A stretch of 63,014 nucleotides of DNA, counting the filler, from Squatina squatina (taxonomy: Eukaryota): assembly GCA_031763465.1 (NCBI GenBank). It is 4 parts of 4 records of this genome, joined end to end, with 100 filler letters (N's around TTAATTAATTAA, not from the genome) between each part and the next. Parts side by side here need not be neighbours in the genome. Positions count along the whole stretch, not along the records: positions 17,229 to 34,646 come from JARFOE010000176.1; positions 34,747 to 48,985 come from JARFOE010000162.1; 2 more parts are not named here. One strand, given 5' to 3'. Numbering within the stretch: position 1 is the stretch's first letter; each line of letters opens with the position of its first letter. The notes beneath the pieces are model-generated. The model was not told the DNA's origin. It saw nothing but the letters and a program-made list of their open reading frames with translations, and searched no databases. Positions 24,591-37,462 of the stretch are shown piece by piece. The position numbers and the translations under genes were made by a program.

Positions 24591-24690
24591 NNNNNNNNNN
24601 NNNNNNNNNNNNNNNNNNNNNNNNNNNNNNNNNNNNNNNNNNNNNNNNNNNNNNNNNNNNNNNNNNNNNNNNNNNNNNNNNNNNNNNNNN

Positions 24691-24755
24691 GGTGCACTTC
24701 CAGCTATGGAGCCCCAAATGCTGCGGCCTGTTTGGGTGCAGTCGAATTGGGGCCC
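24691..24755. mobile_element. DNA-transposon-like terminus, also at 29745-29808
   Basis: Both copies end ...CCCAA.TGCTGC.GCC.GTTT.G..GCAG.CGAATTGGGGCC next to gaps. Confidence 0.45.
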
Positions 24756-26299
24756 ATTTATTTCCTCCTCAACTCCCTAATGCTTTGCCTGAGTAATTCT
24801 CCACTTAGAAACATAGAAAATAGGACCATGTGACCATGTAACTTTAATTGTTTTTCATCGTAATGTGCAGTTGTGTTCAGCTTCAGTGACCTCTGACAAC
24901 CAGTTACCTTGATGTTATCAGCACTTGATGTTTAAACTAAAAGATTAAAATGATTTTTAAATGGAGTGCTGGTGTTGAAACCCCATCTTAAACTTTTTAC
25001 TGCTTGGTACTACCATGATAATTGTTATAAATTGCTGAGTGTATGTGATAAATTGCCAACTTCCAATTGAAACTTGCAGTGTCAGATGCAAGTCAAGTAC
25101 ATGCAATCTCAGCAAGTATTAGGCTGTTTGTATTTTCAAAGCTTTTTTCAAATTGCCTTATTTTGTTACTTAGTAACAAGACCGGCAATTTAACACATCA
25201 TGGTTCTTTCTTTGAAGAAGTCTTTTCAGACTTGTAATTTAAAGGCGAACAATGCCACCCTGGCCCGTACATAAACAAGGAATGACATGTCCTAATATAG
25301 CTCATATGTGGCAAGCCTGGACCAATCTGTGCAAGCCCTTATGATATACATGTCCTTTAGCCAATCCGGGAAGCTGCTGTGTACAGCTTTTGAAGTTCAC
25401 AGATTAGCAAATAGAGGAAGTACTGTGCTGTGTAGCTTCGAAACCACGGTGTTCAAAACTGCTTATGAACAGAGCTCTTTGTCTAGATTAAGTTGGAGGA
25501 AAATAAATTCTTTGTTTTATAAAGACATTTTATAAAAGAACTCAGAAGAGTTAACTTTGGAATGAAGTAGGTGAGAATAATGGCAGTAAAAGGATTCACC
25601 AGTGTAAGTTGCAAAACCTCTTTAATTGTGAAGTAGGCCACAGTGCTTTCTGTTTTACATTTAGTGCCTGTGGTCATTTTACATGTCTTCCCTATTATTT
25701 CAAAACTGCAAAATGGTTATAGTTTGTGAGAGTAATTGTTTCTGTAGTTTGTGTTGTAGATTGTGTGTAACTTAATTTTTTTTATTTACAATATTTACAA
25801 GTCAAGAATGTGGCAGTACTTTTGTGAATACTGACGTCATTGAATATTTAAAGCCTTTTTTTCTGAGAAATGTGATGAACTTGAGAATTTGAGACACAGT
25901 ATTCTTTGTATCAAAAGGAAATTCTTGCTCTCCCCTTTCTCCCCCTCTTCACACTAGAGAAAAAGTGTATATTATTTGTAATTATGGCACATATAAGGAC
26001 GAACTTTAAACCTCAGGGCCTCAAAAAAAAAGTTGACTCTCGTAATTTGATTTAATGATGCATTCCAAATGGGTGTGCCAGAAAGAATCTGTCATGACCC
26101 TAAAACACCATTGTCAAGTAAGAAAGAAAACATTTCATTTTGTCAAGTGGATTCCTAGTTTTTTTGCAAGTGTGAATTTTGGTAATGTGTTTAAAGGCTC
26201 ACTTGGGTAACACTTAACCAAGTTTCACCCAATATTAATGATCTTTACTTGCCTTTGTGTTAGAATACTGTGCAACTATCTGCATATGTATAATCCAAA

Positions 26300-26625
26300 C
26301 ACGGTGCAGTAGCACAGAGGCTATGTTACTGATCCAGAGACATGAGTTCAATTCCCACCGTGGCATTTATTTAAAAATGGGGAAAAAAGCTATATTTGTA
26401 TTGATGACCATGAACTACCGGATCGTAGTTAAAATGCCCTTTCGGGAAGGAAATCTGCCGTCATTACCTGGTCGGGTGATTCAGACCCACAGCAATGTGG
26501 TTGACTCTTAACTACCCTCTGCGGCTCAAGAGGGCGGCTCACCACCACCTTCTCAAGGGCATTTAGGCATGGGCAATAAATGCTGGCCTTGTCAGTAATG
26601 GCCACATCCCATGAATTAATTTAAA
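26300..26625 (+). mobile_element. tRNA-derived SINE (second family)
   Basis: B box GAGTTCAATTCCC and tail GGGCAATAAATGCTGGCCTTG...CACATCCCATGAAT plus A-run. Confidence 0.7.
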
Positions 26626-26927
26626 AGAAAAAAATTAATCTGGAACTCCAAAAATGTTTCATTGAATTTTAAAACATATATGTTTTTTCATTTTTTTTCT
26701 CCACCAATTTTTTCCACTCTTATGAAGACGACGACTTGTGTTTGGTTATGGTCCATGGGTACCGTTTACTTTCGGATATCTTCTCCAAGTGACCATTGTT
26801 CATGTGTGGAAGTCTCGACAGTTAGTGTTGGCAGCCAAGCTTGATCGTGTTCTCATAAAATCCATAGAAGTGCACTTCTAGCAGGGATCACTGGTTAGTG
26901 ACTAGGAGCAAGAGCCTTGGACTGGTG

Positions 26928-27111
26928 GGGGAAAATTTCAGCTTCACTGTCTGTGCAATAATCTGACACAGCAGATTTCCCGTCCCATATAGAACCCACT
27001 TGATTTTCATTCCATTGATTTAATTGGAATGAAAATCAGGCAAGTTCCATTAAGGGCGAGTGATTCGCCCTGCCAGATGCCCATCCAGATGGTGAAGATG
27101 GAAATTAGCCC
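26928..27111. mobile_element. Fold-back (palindromic) MITE
   Basis: Imperfect ~26-bp TIRs and a perfect 14-bp central stem TGATTTTCATTCCA/TGGAATGAAAATCA (27001-27038). Confidence 0.7.
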
Positions 27112-27359
27112 ATAATTTTTTTATCCTTCCCTAGCCCAGGGTCCTTGAGACCAGTTGTAATGACCCTATANNNNNNNNNNNNNNNNNNNNNNNNNNNNNN
27201 NNNNNNNNNNNNNNNNNNNNNNNNNNNNNNNNNNNNNNNNNNNNNNNNNNNNNNNNNNNNNNNNNNNNNNATTTGATATTGCAGACCATTTAAGTTGAAT
27301 GTTTCCTTCTAGTTGCCACTAGATGCCTCACCACTCACTATAACCACTTATTTTCACAG

Positions 27360-27455
27360 GGTGTTGAAACAGGATTTGTTCCAAGTGTTCAAGATTTTGA
27401 CAAAAAGCTTGCTGAAGCTGATGCCTATTTACAGATTTTAATTGATCAATTGAAG
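27360..27455 (+). CDS. OSBPL9: OSBPL9 exon (96 bp)
   Basis: CAG|GGT...AAG|GTAAT; [32 protein letters not shown]. Confidence 0.95.
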
Positions 27456-28784
27456 GTAATTGAATCCAATTTATTCTGTAACTTGTGATTGGTTGGGTGA
27501 GTTTGCAATAAGTCTACTGATTCCATGTACAAAGCATAGTTGCCAAACTATTATCGGCTATTTAGTTAGCGTGGACCAGTCATATTCCAAAACCAAAACT
27601 GGAAAGCTGCCACAGCAGTTTCATGCTAATTTCTCTACAGCTAATCCCAGAAGCAAGTAAAAAATGAGCTGCGTACTATAAAACATCTCCCCTTGCAGCT
27701 CGGTATGAAATCCAATGACTATCTGCGCCTAACCTCGCTAGCTGCCTGCTTTCTTTCTCCATGTCTCATGGGCACCTGATCCCTCCTAGTCTGAATCTCA
27801 GCCTGTTTATCCACTCATTGCTAGCGTCAGTGCCTTTGTTTCTGCAGGGCCTTGACCCACCTAATTTTCTATTTTGGGCATTCCTGTATCTCAGTTGGTG
27901 GCAGTGATGTGCTGCTCCACAGTGGAAGTGGAAATTTTAAGCAGCCACAAAGGTTCAAAACCTTTCTCAGTATTGAACCCAATAGATGAACTAATTTCCT
28001 GAACACAGCTCCCCCACTTCTTAAAACAAAATGCTCAAAAGCTGCATTACCAACATGGCTATCCAAATCAATTGATCTGCCAGACTTCACAATGAAGCAA
28101 CCGGTGTGGCCACTGAAGCTCCAGACCCCTGTTCTGCAATACTGACACCACAGTCAATATGGAGGAGATCTACCAGTGCATTATTAAGGAATATCGATAG
28201 ATCTCCAGGGGCATTGCACATGAGGAGTTGAGACCGTGTAGTCTTCAGGTNNNNNNNNNNNNNNNNNNNNNNNNNNNNNNNNNNNNNNNNNNNNNNNNNN
28301 NNNNNNNNNNNNNNNNNNNNNNNNNNNNNNNNNNNNNNNNNNNNNNNNNNTTCAGGTAAATACTAGACGTTTGTCGACTTCGACCAGGAATATCAATTAA
28401 AAAAATAACCAAAAAGTGTAATAAAAGATATTTCCTTCATGCAATCTGTACTTTATATTTGGACATATCGTTAAAAATGGCATGTACAAAAACACGAAAA
28501 TGATACCTTGCTTTAAATTTTTTTAATGTGTTATCAAAATCTGAAGAGACTCAAGTATAGGACTTTAACCAATTGACTAACTCCAATAATTCATTACAGT
28601 GTAGCTACTGAGTTACTGCTCCAGCTTAAAAAAAATGGTCATTAAAATGGTAATGATTTTTTAATTTTGGGTACCTTTGGTACTTAATACACTAATGATT
28701 ACCAAAGCTTTAAATGGGATATTTCAGACTTTGCCCTGTTGTTTAACGGTATCTTGAAAAATCTTTTCTTTCCAAAATTTTAAG

Positions 28785-28823
28785 GACCAAAGTAATGAGG
28801 AAAAGCACGCAAATGGAATTATA
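28785..28823 (+). CDS. OSBPL9: OSBPL9 39-bp microexon
   Basis: AAG|GAC...ATA|GTAAGT; DQSNEEKHANGII vs human DQSNAEKHADGMI. Confidence 0.88.
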
Positions 28824-30621
28824 GTAAGTTTGTAAACCAGTATGATATTTTGTTATTCTCTTCCTTTTCTTTTGTGCTTGGGTATACAAGGAAAAAATAG
28901 TGATTTGAAATGCAGTTGAGAAGGAAATCCTACATTTTCTGTAGTGGACATTTAATTACTGATTTACTGTGGTTTACTTTATTCCTCTGTTGGTTGGTTC
29001 TCTTTCCTGTATATCTTCTCTAGCCTAGCATCTACAGTGAATGTTATTTGTAAAAGCATTGCAAATGGCAGGAGTATTAATATTCTTACTCATGTAACTG
29101 GCCAGATTTACTCCATGACAAGAGATTGAAATTGTGCCTTAAACTAAAATTGTATAGTGTTGCTGCCTTATATCGTTTCCCAGGTTTTTGGATTACAGTA
29201 ATAATGCAAGCTCTGATGTTTGATTCACTTCCTTACTGNNNNNNNNNNNNNNNNNNNNNNNNNNNNNNNNNNNNNNNNNNNNNNNNNNNNNNNNNNNNNN
29301 NNNNNNNNNNNNNNNNNNNNNNNNNNNNNNNNNNNNNNNNNNNNNNNNNNNNNNNNNNNNNNNNNNNNNNNNNNNNNNNNNNNNNNNNNNNNNNNNNNNN
29401 NNNNNNNNNNNNNNNNNNNNNNNNNNNNNNNNNNNNNNNNNNNNNNNNNNNNNNNNNNNNNNNNNNNNNNNNNNNNNNNNNNNNNNNNNNNNNNNNNNNN
29501 NNNNNNNNNNNNNNNNNNNNNNNNNNNNNNNNNNNNNNNNNNNNNNNNNNNNNNNNNNNNNNNNNNNNNNNNNNNNNNNNNNNNNNNNNNNNNNNNNNNN
29601 NNNNNNNNNNNNNNNNNNNNNNNNNNNNNNNNNNNNNNNNNNNNNNNNNNNNNNNNNNNNCTGGATCAGCGTTGCCACGTTATGCTGACCCGCAACGGTG
29701 ACTAAGTCACCAAGGCCGCATCACTGTGCGTTGCTGGTGATGCGGCACACTTTCGACTGTGGGGTCCCAATTGCTGCAGCCAGTTTCGAAGCAGCCGAAT
29801 TGGGGCCTCCATATGTTTTATGTATATTTATGGTGATCGGCTTTTTGGCAATGAACTATTTTGATGCATGTTAAACTTTTTTTGCAATGTGCTGTAATCC
29901 TGAGAAGTAGACTGTTATAGTAGCACCATTCAAAATGTATATATTCACCTTTCATGCATTCATAAATTTCGATATCATATTGAAAATATGTATCATTTCA
30001 AGATTGCTGCCAGGCTGCTGACTCATTAAAATTGTAATTCAGAGTTTCAAATATAGGCTGCCTTGTACCCACCACCTTTATAAAAAAAAAAATATTTAGA
30101 AGGATTTTTCTGGTCCTTTTTTAAAATTCATTCCAGTCAGCTAATACTTTCATCAGTGATTTAAAAAAAAAAATTGTTGCTTAGTGAAAATCTTTATTAA
30201 AAAAAAAAGACATTTTGTACTTCCATGAAATTGTGTTGAAGGAAATGGTTATTGTGTGTGTTCGTGCAATTATGCTTTCATACTGAAACCAGTGACTGAA
30301 CAATAAATAAAATTCCACAAATACTGTTTGTTTTAAACCACAGGACATGTATTTGCATGGATCTTTGAACTGATGGCTTCTAATGTAACTAGCATAGGCC
30401 AAATTTAATTGACCACTATTGTGAAAATAGTAGCTGGATTGGAACAATTTTTTTGTAATCCTTCCTTTTCTATTCATTAGTTTAAATTTCTCCTCAACTT
30501 TCTCTTCCTCAGGTTTCAACTGATTTCCAGTCTGGATCTGTTTCTGTGTCCCACTGTCATCCATTATTACTGTAGTGATCTAACAGAACTGTTTTAATCT
30601 CTCCTTTTCTGACCTCTCTAG

Positions 30622-30715
30622 AGTACCATCAACCCAGTAGATGGAATTTTTCAACCTAATCCTCTGGAGTCAACAGTAATTAGCACCATGCCTACCCAAA
30701 CTGTTTTACCACCAG
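30622..30715 (+). CDS. OSBPL9: OSBPL9 exon (94 bp)
   Basis: TAG|AGT...CCAG|GTATA; [31 protein letters not shown]. Confidence 0.93.
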
Positions 30716-30817
30716 GTATATAGCTGTCTCCACTAGTTTATTCAATTATGGCGGTATACGTATGATTAGTAACAGTATTATTGGATTGTATTATGAAAAT
30801 AAAGAGTTGGTTGGCTC

Positions 30818-30976
30818 CAATGTTCCCTGTTTTTTTTGGCCCGAGGCCCCTTTACCTGGCTGTGCAGCCCATTCAAATTTTCACGCATGTGCAATTTCTC
30901 CCATGCATAAGTTAGTGAGCGGCCTGCAATCGATCTCCAGGCTGCTGCGAGGCTGCGCAGCTTAACGGGAATGTTT
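30818..30976. mobile_element. hAT-like MITE
   Basis: Termini CAATGTTCCC / GGGAATGTTT; degenerate 8-bp flanking duplication GTTGGCTC / TTTGTCTC. Confidence 0.5.
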
Positions 30977-31999
30977 TTTGTCTCCATCGTTAGTATTACT
31001 GTTTGGGTTTTTATAACAAAAATAGTTTTGTGGTTTAAAATTAATTTTAAAATTTGAAAGTTTAATCCAACTTTTGCAAGTAATTCTATTAATGATCACA
31101 TTTAAGAAAAACAAGGAAACATTGCATCATATTTTGTTAAATATTCGGGGAGTGAAATAAGTAACACACAACTATTATTAATTCAGCCAGGCTGTGCTGT
31201 TCTGTCTATATAATTCAACTTTTGTGTTTTTGCACAAGCAGGGAGGAAACATTTTTTAAAATATTGTTTGAGGGGGGCACTTTCAGTTTAAAAAATATTT
31301 TCCGTCTTGATTTTCTGAGCCTTGTGTGTGACCACAGTAATTAAAAGTTAATTTAGTAGTCAATGGCACACTTTTAATTGCTATTTGAAGGAGTCATTGC
31401 CATTTTGAAAAATTAAATTCTTGCTTGATTCTGGATTACACTATAGCATCCTCCAAGACACAGACCTGTTCATGTGTCTTGTGACTGTTTCTGAGACTGC
31501 CACTGTGTTTTCATACAATCAGTGATTTAAAAAATCTGTGACTTCCAAAATTTACTTTCTAGTCCAAACTTTCATCTTCTCTCAAACTCCCACTATATAT
31601 GTCTGAAGATGATTTGGAAGGAAGATATTTGAGGTTTAAAGTTATATTTTGGTGTATTTATTATGTGTTTCCTTGGGTTAATAAAATTGATGAGTAATTG
31701 AATGTATTCTGCAATGTTGCTTTGTAGTAATCATCCATCGATTATCACTTGATAAATTTCTACTCTTTCAGGGTGGACATCACCAGTCCACTACATAGAG
31801 CACACTTTCCATTGGAGTGTTGCCATACCGCATACGGCTGGCAAAGAAATACATCCCAAACTGAAGAAAATGATTCCCATGAACTTCGTTATGTATTTAT
31901 TATAAAATGTACTCACCATTAATCTTTTTGTGGGTTCTCCCAATTCTCTGCTGTAACTTCAATAGAAAATCCATGGAAACCCTGAAGAAATGGCATTTA

Positions 32000-32990
32000 C
32001 AGCATTTTACTGGGGTTTCCGTGAGATCTTTTCACCACCTGCCCCGCCTTAAATGTTGTGTCACTGTGTGGCCCTTATTACCAAGGTGCACTTTGATCTG
32101 TCTCACTACTTCCTCTGGCACTTTCTCCTCTTTCAAGTCCCCATCACCTCTATTTTAAAATCCTCATTATCTATTGCTCCTCTCCGAAACCCAAATTGAG
32201 TTTCTCACCAAGCCATCCACCTTCCTTTCCTTCCTCAACCTCTACAGTGAATGATTCCTCATTATCAATGATTGTAACGTCCATCTCGGCTCCCCTTGCC
32301 TCCTCCCCTCTTAATTCACTGCCTTCCTATCCTCCCTAAACATCAACTTCCACGTAAACACTCCTATCACATTTCTGACCACCTCTTCGACCTCAAGGAC
32401 TTGATCACTGGTGAGTCTATCTCTGACCATTTCCTTGTATCCCACAACGCCCATATTCCCCACCGCCTTCCAACCCCACATCCACTGTGTCAGTTCATGG
32501 TAAAAAAAACTCCAAGTTGCTTACAACTGAACTTTCAAATTCCCAACTGCCTGGCCTTTGGCCCTCCATTCGCCTCAATACTTCTGCAGCCATTTTCTCA
32601 TGCCCATTTGATGCCCTTGTCCCCAGCAAAACCTTCATGTGATCCCATTATGATCGTTCTCTGGTATGGCCCCCATCTTTGCTTTTTAAAACTCAAGTGG
32701 TGCAAACTTGATATCTGGTGCACCGTTGGCTTAGCCATCCTTGATCCATCAGTCCTTGCAAACTACTGTGTCATCTTCAGCCTCCCTTTGTACTCCAAAG
32801 TCATTGTTGTCACCTCCAAAATCTGTGCCTATTTCCAACCCTCCCACATCACCGAAACAGCTCTAACAAAACTCATGAGCAACATTCTCTGTGACTGTGG
32901 TTCATTGCACCTCCTTGACCTCTCTGCAGCTTTTCACATGGTTGACCAACCCATCCTCTAATGTCTCTCCACCATTGTCCAGCTCGGGAC
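32000..32990 (+). mobile_element. L2 LINE remnant (endonuclease to RT, internally deleted)
   Basis: ISDHFLV endonuclease motif, TETALTKLMSNIL and LLDLSAAFHMVDQPIL RT motif. Confidence 0.8.
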
Positions 32991-33347
32991 AGGCTGAATC
33001 TTGCTGAACATAATGACAGATGTGCCTGCCTCATACTACTTCAGATTGCCATGTAACATTGGCATTGCTCCGATCATAGCCAAAGCATCCTTAGCAATGG
33101 CTTCATTCCTTCAGCTCAAGGATCCATCATTGGCCCCCTTCTCTTCCTCTTCTGCCTCTTGGTGATATCAGAAGTGGATCAGATTCCACATGCATGCTGA
33201 TGCCACCAAGAGGCAGAAGAGAAAGAGAAGTTGTACTCTGCACTGCCNNNNNNNNNNNNNNNNNNNNNNNNNNNNNNNNNNNNNNNNNNNNNNNNNNNNN
33301 NNNNNNNNNNNNNNNNNNNNNNNNNNNNNNNNNNNNNNNNNNNNNNN

Positions 33348-33482
33348 TCTGTTGCACCTTAGTTGCACTCAACCTATTGCAAGTATATCCTTCCTTAAGT
33401 AAGGAGACCAAAACTGTATACAATACTCCAGGTGTGATCTCACCAAGGCCCTATATAATTGCAGTCAGAGCTCTTTACTCTT
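33348..33482 (-). mobile_element. CR1 fragment
   Basis: [24 protein letters not shown] on the minus strand. Confidence 0.75.
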
Positions 33483-33489
33483 ATAGATG

Positions 33490-33715
33490 GTACACACTGC
33501 AGTCAGTGTGCTGGTGGTGGAGGGAGTGAATGTTTAAGGCGTTGGATGTGATGCCAATCAAGTGGGGTGCTTTGACCTGGATGGTGTTGAGCTTCTTGTG
33601 TTGTTGGAGCTGCACTCATCCAGGTAAAGAGAGAGTATTCCATCACACTCCTGACTTGTGCCTTGTAGATGGCGGAAAGGCTTTGGGGCGTTAGGAGGCG
33701 AGACTTACTTCTCAT
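33490..33715 (-). mobile_element. Non-LTR LINE ORF2 C-terminal fragment (L2/Crack-like)
   Basis: LLTPQSLSAIYKAQVRSVMEYS..WMSAAPTT. Confidence 0.7.
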
Positions 33716-34311
33716 CCAAATAGATTTATGTACAGTAGGTTAAATTTGTAATATTCATTGTCATTACCAGAGTTTTGCAATTGAATAAGTAGAAACAAAC
33801 GGAATACAAAATATATAATTGAAAAAAGTATAGTTTCCACTCCAGGCATCTGGTTCTGGACTCTATGTAAATGACTTCTCACTATTCATGATACGAATAC
33901 TGGAAGTGGTATTAGATGACTTCGCAAGCTGAGAGTTCAAATTGAATACAGTGCAAGATCATTTTTTTGTTTCACAGGCTAAGTATCACATTTGCAACAG
34001 CACTCCGAATGTTTTTAGTGGAATAGAAAATATTGATGTTAACCTCCACTGCTGATTCAACTGGGCGATGAAATTGATAGTTATTTTTAGAACAGGTCTT
34101 ATTTGTTTTTAACATTGAAATGTTGCATTACATTTTAAAATAAAATAAACAGGATGTGTTGTAAATATTTAAGTACAGTGTATACTAATTGAGACTTTGT
34201 GCTTGTCACAAAAGGACATGCTGCACTTTCTTCTGACTCCGTTCCAAACACTACAGCAGTCTTTATTGTTCAAGGGGTAATGCGCTGTTTTGATGGGTTT
34301 TTTTTTTACAG

Positions 34312-34416
34312 AGCCTGCTCAGCTATGCAAAGCAGAACAGCGTCCATCAACATTGGCTGTGGGATCTGCTGTTAATGCAATGGGTAACCATCAGACGCCA
34401 ACTCCCAACAGTACAG
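34312..34416 (+). CDS. OSBPL9: OSBPL9 exon (105 bp)
   Basis: CAG|AGCCT...ACAG|GTTAG; (E)[34 protein letters not shown]; phase matches the previous exon. Confidence 0.93.
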
Positions 34417-34646
34417 GTTAGATATATTTTATTTTTCCATAAGTATGCTCAGAAGTCCATATGCATTAATATGTGACTATAGAAGTTTAGGTGTTATCTG
34501 CTTGATGAGGGCTATTAACATGTAATTTGATGATGTGTCAGCTGTAGTTTTATTTGTGTGTGTTGTGTGATTTGACTTTTTAAAGAGCTAGGGAATAGTA
34601 GAGTAGCAATTTATTTCATGAGTGAGAAAATCTTGGGTGACATTCT

Positions 34647-34746
34647 NNNNNNNNNNNNNNNNNNNNNNNNNNNNNNNNNNNNNNNNNNNNTTAATTAATT
34701 AANNNNNNNNNNNNNNNNNNNNNNNNNNNNNNNNNNNNNNNNNNNN
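34647..34746. other. Artificial scaffold linker
   Basis: N-TTAATTAATTAA-N. Confidence 0.95.
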
Positions 34747-35564
34747 ATAGGTAGTAGTGTATCTATAATTTCATATGACTCAGAAGGAAGAGAATATATT
34801 TATGTCACAGATTTGTACATTGCTGAGCTTGTAAAATACAGTAATTAACTGTAAACTTCTAAATCCAAGATTATTGCTATGCTTCTAAATATGCCCAGAA
34901 ATATAAAATCAGCAAGAACAGGTGCCTCTGCCAGATCAAGAATGACGTTACATGTTCTTTCAACCTAAAACCTATCAAAGCATGCCCCACACTCACGCAT
35001 GACTCAGCCCTGACAGTGATAGGTGAATGTGGGAGCCAATGGAATTATAATTCTTTATTAAGTGCAAACACCATCAGCTAGGGGAAGGGATGATGATGCA
35101 GATCCATCTTGATTGAAGAAACACAGCTCATAACACCATGTCGACTAAAAATTGTAAAATTTTGCCAAGCAGCCTCATCGCAATCAATCTCTTTTGACAG
35201 TCTGAATAGAACTTCTTGGAAATGGTGATTTAAAAAAATTATGAATAATAGTATTTAGTAAAATAAAGGCTATGTAATGCCGCTGTAACTTCAAGGTGCC
35301 TAAGATTAGGTCATCAATGGTTAAAAATATCAAGATAAGTAAACTGAACAGCAAAACTGTTTTGGACAATATAATTTGAACGCAAATATCTAAAACTGTG
35401 CCTCATTATCGATACATCACTGTCACCTCGGGAGTTTGTTGTTCACTGTAAGAAAATAGGCCACAGCAATCGTGCTGTATTCAGGTCCTGGCTGCTTACT
35501 TTACAAGATATCTACTTTAAAATCTAGATGATAAAGCACACCATAGTCTCAATTAGACTCCTGG

Positions 35565-35708
35565 GGGGTAATTTAACAAACCTCCGATCTCGACAGGGAG
35601 CCTCACCAGCAACAAGCGTGTTAATATGAATAGGGTGAATGCATTGAATGTAGTTCCAATTTTCTGACCTACACTCGATGCGAGCAAGGCTCCAAGTTAG
35701 TATACCCC
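35565..35708. mobile_element. Small MITE-like element
   Basis: GGGGTAATTTAAC / GTTAGTATACCCC termini and inner GGAGCCT/AGGCTCC inverted pair. Confidence 0.4.
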
Positions 35709-36944
35709 AATGCTATGGTTTCCATTTTGGCAAAAGTTTAAAATTGTACCAATCATGTGGATCCATTACTTCATTATACATCAAGAACATAAAACCACAC
35801 ATGAAGTGTGAATCATAGAACAGACTTTGGGGTCAAAACCACAGATTAATTGAGCGATGTAATTTTATGCTAAGTACATGCAATACAGTTTTCTTGCAAA
35901 ATTATAAATGAACCCAGTCTGCCTGCTGCTCCCTTTACTGTAAATAAACTAGTTTCCTATATCAGCAGTCATGATCATTGTTTGAAGATCAAGCAACACA
36001 ACCCCCAACAAATAATTCAGGGCCTTCAATTATAATACAGATGAAACCACTTCTGAGNNNNNNNNNNNNNNNNNNNNNNNNNNNNNNNNNNNNNNNNNNN
36101 NNNNNNNNNNNNNNNNNNNNNNNNNNNNNNNNNNNNNNNNNNNNNNNNNNNNNNNNNGCACGACAGAGACAGAGACAGAATATAGAAACCCTACAGACAG
36201 GCCTCAATAGGGATAGGCAACAATCCAGTTTGTAATTAAATCCAAATACTGCATTAACAAACCCAAAATGTGTGTAATTCAAGCAACAATTCCACACATG
36301 CCAATTCCTTTCGCAAACATGCCGTGTGATTTCCTAAATGACAGAACATTACCAGTTATTCAAACATAATTTCTTCTCTACCTGCAGAACTGCTGGCAAC
36401 CTTTCACTGCAGCATTCATCATATCAATGGTGGTTATTCTGGCTTTGAATTCAAACTCTGCAGAGCACTTGTAGGAGGCTATGCAATGTTCAAGGTCAGT
36501 CGGAAGACAGTATAAGCAAGTAAAATAAATACTTCCAGTGTTAAAGTGCATGTTGCACAGATTCATAAGTACGGAAGCACATCTCCTAGCAACAGAGGTT
36601 GTATGAATATTTGTAATGTATTGAAGATTTTTTTTTTTAAAATTACAGCAGTATAATTCTCTTCTCGTGATTTTACCTGAACATGCTGCGTTTGACAATG
36701 ATTCCCACAGTCTGAATTTTGCATGATGGACATCACAGTCTGGAGTCTTGCCTATGCCACAGAATGTGTGGTCACCAGTTTGTTGTAAGGACCACTTTAT
36801 ATTCGATGTTTAGAATTCAGGACATTATTCCTGNNNNNNNNNNNNNNNNNNNNNNNNNNNNNNNNNNNNNNNNNNNNNNNNNNNNNNNNNNNNNNNNNNN
36901 NNNNNNNNNNNNNNNNNNNNNNNNNNNNNNNNNCAAATATCAAT

Positions 36945-37450
36945 AAAAACACTTTTACCACTGAGCCACAGAAGGAGATATCAGGACAGATGACCAAAAG
37001 CTTGGTCAAAGAGGTGGGTTTCAAGCAGAGTCTAAAAGAGGAGAGAGAGGTAGCGAGGCGAAGGGGTTTATGGAGGAAATTCCATAGCTTAGTGCCAAGG
37101 CAGCTGAAGGTTCGACCGCTAATGATGGAGCGGTTAATATCGGGGATGCGCAACAGGCCGGAATTGGAGGAGCGCAGACATCTCGAAGGCTTGCAGGGAT
37201 GGATGAGGTTACAGAGATAGGGAGGAGGCAGGGGCGGGGGCGAGACCGAGATCATGGAGGAATTTGAAAACAAGGATAAGGATTTTGAAATTAAGGCGTT
37301 GTCGGACTGGGAGCCAATGTGATGAGTGAATGAGACTTGGAGCGAGTTAAGACACGGGAAGCCGAGTTTTAGATGAGCACAAATTTATGTAAGGTGGAAG
37401 ATGGGAGACTGGCCAGGAGAGCTTTGGAATAGTCAAGTCTCGAGTTAATA
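36945..37450 (-). mobile_element. L2 LINE 3' fragment
   Basis: PPYLCNLI..PSRCLRSSNSGLLRIP...GRTFSCLGTKLWNFL, the L2 ORF2 end. Confidence 0.85.
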
Positions 37451-37462
37451 AATGTGAACAAT

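Noticed and set aside
29126-29705. Long ORFs of 160-190 aa
   Set aside because: Almost entirely N.
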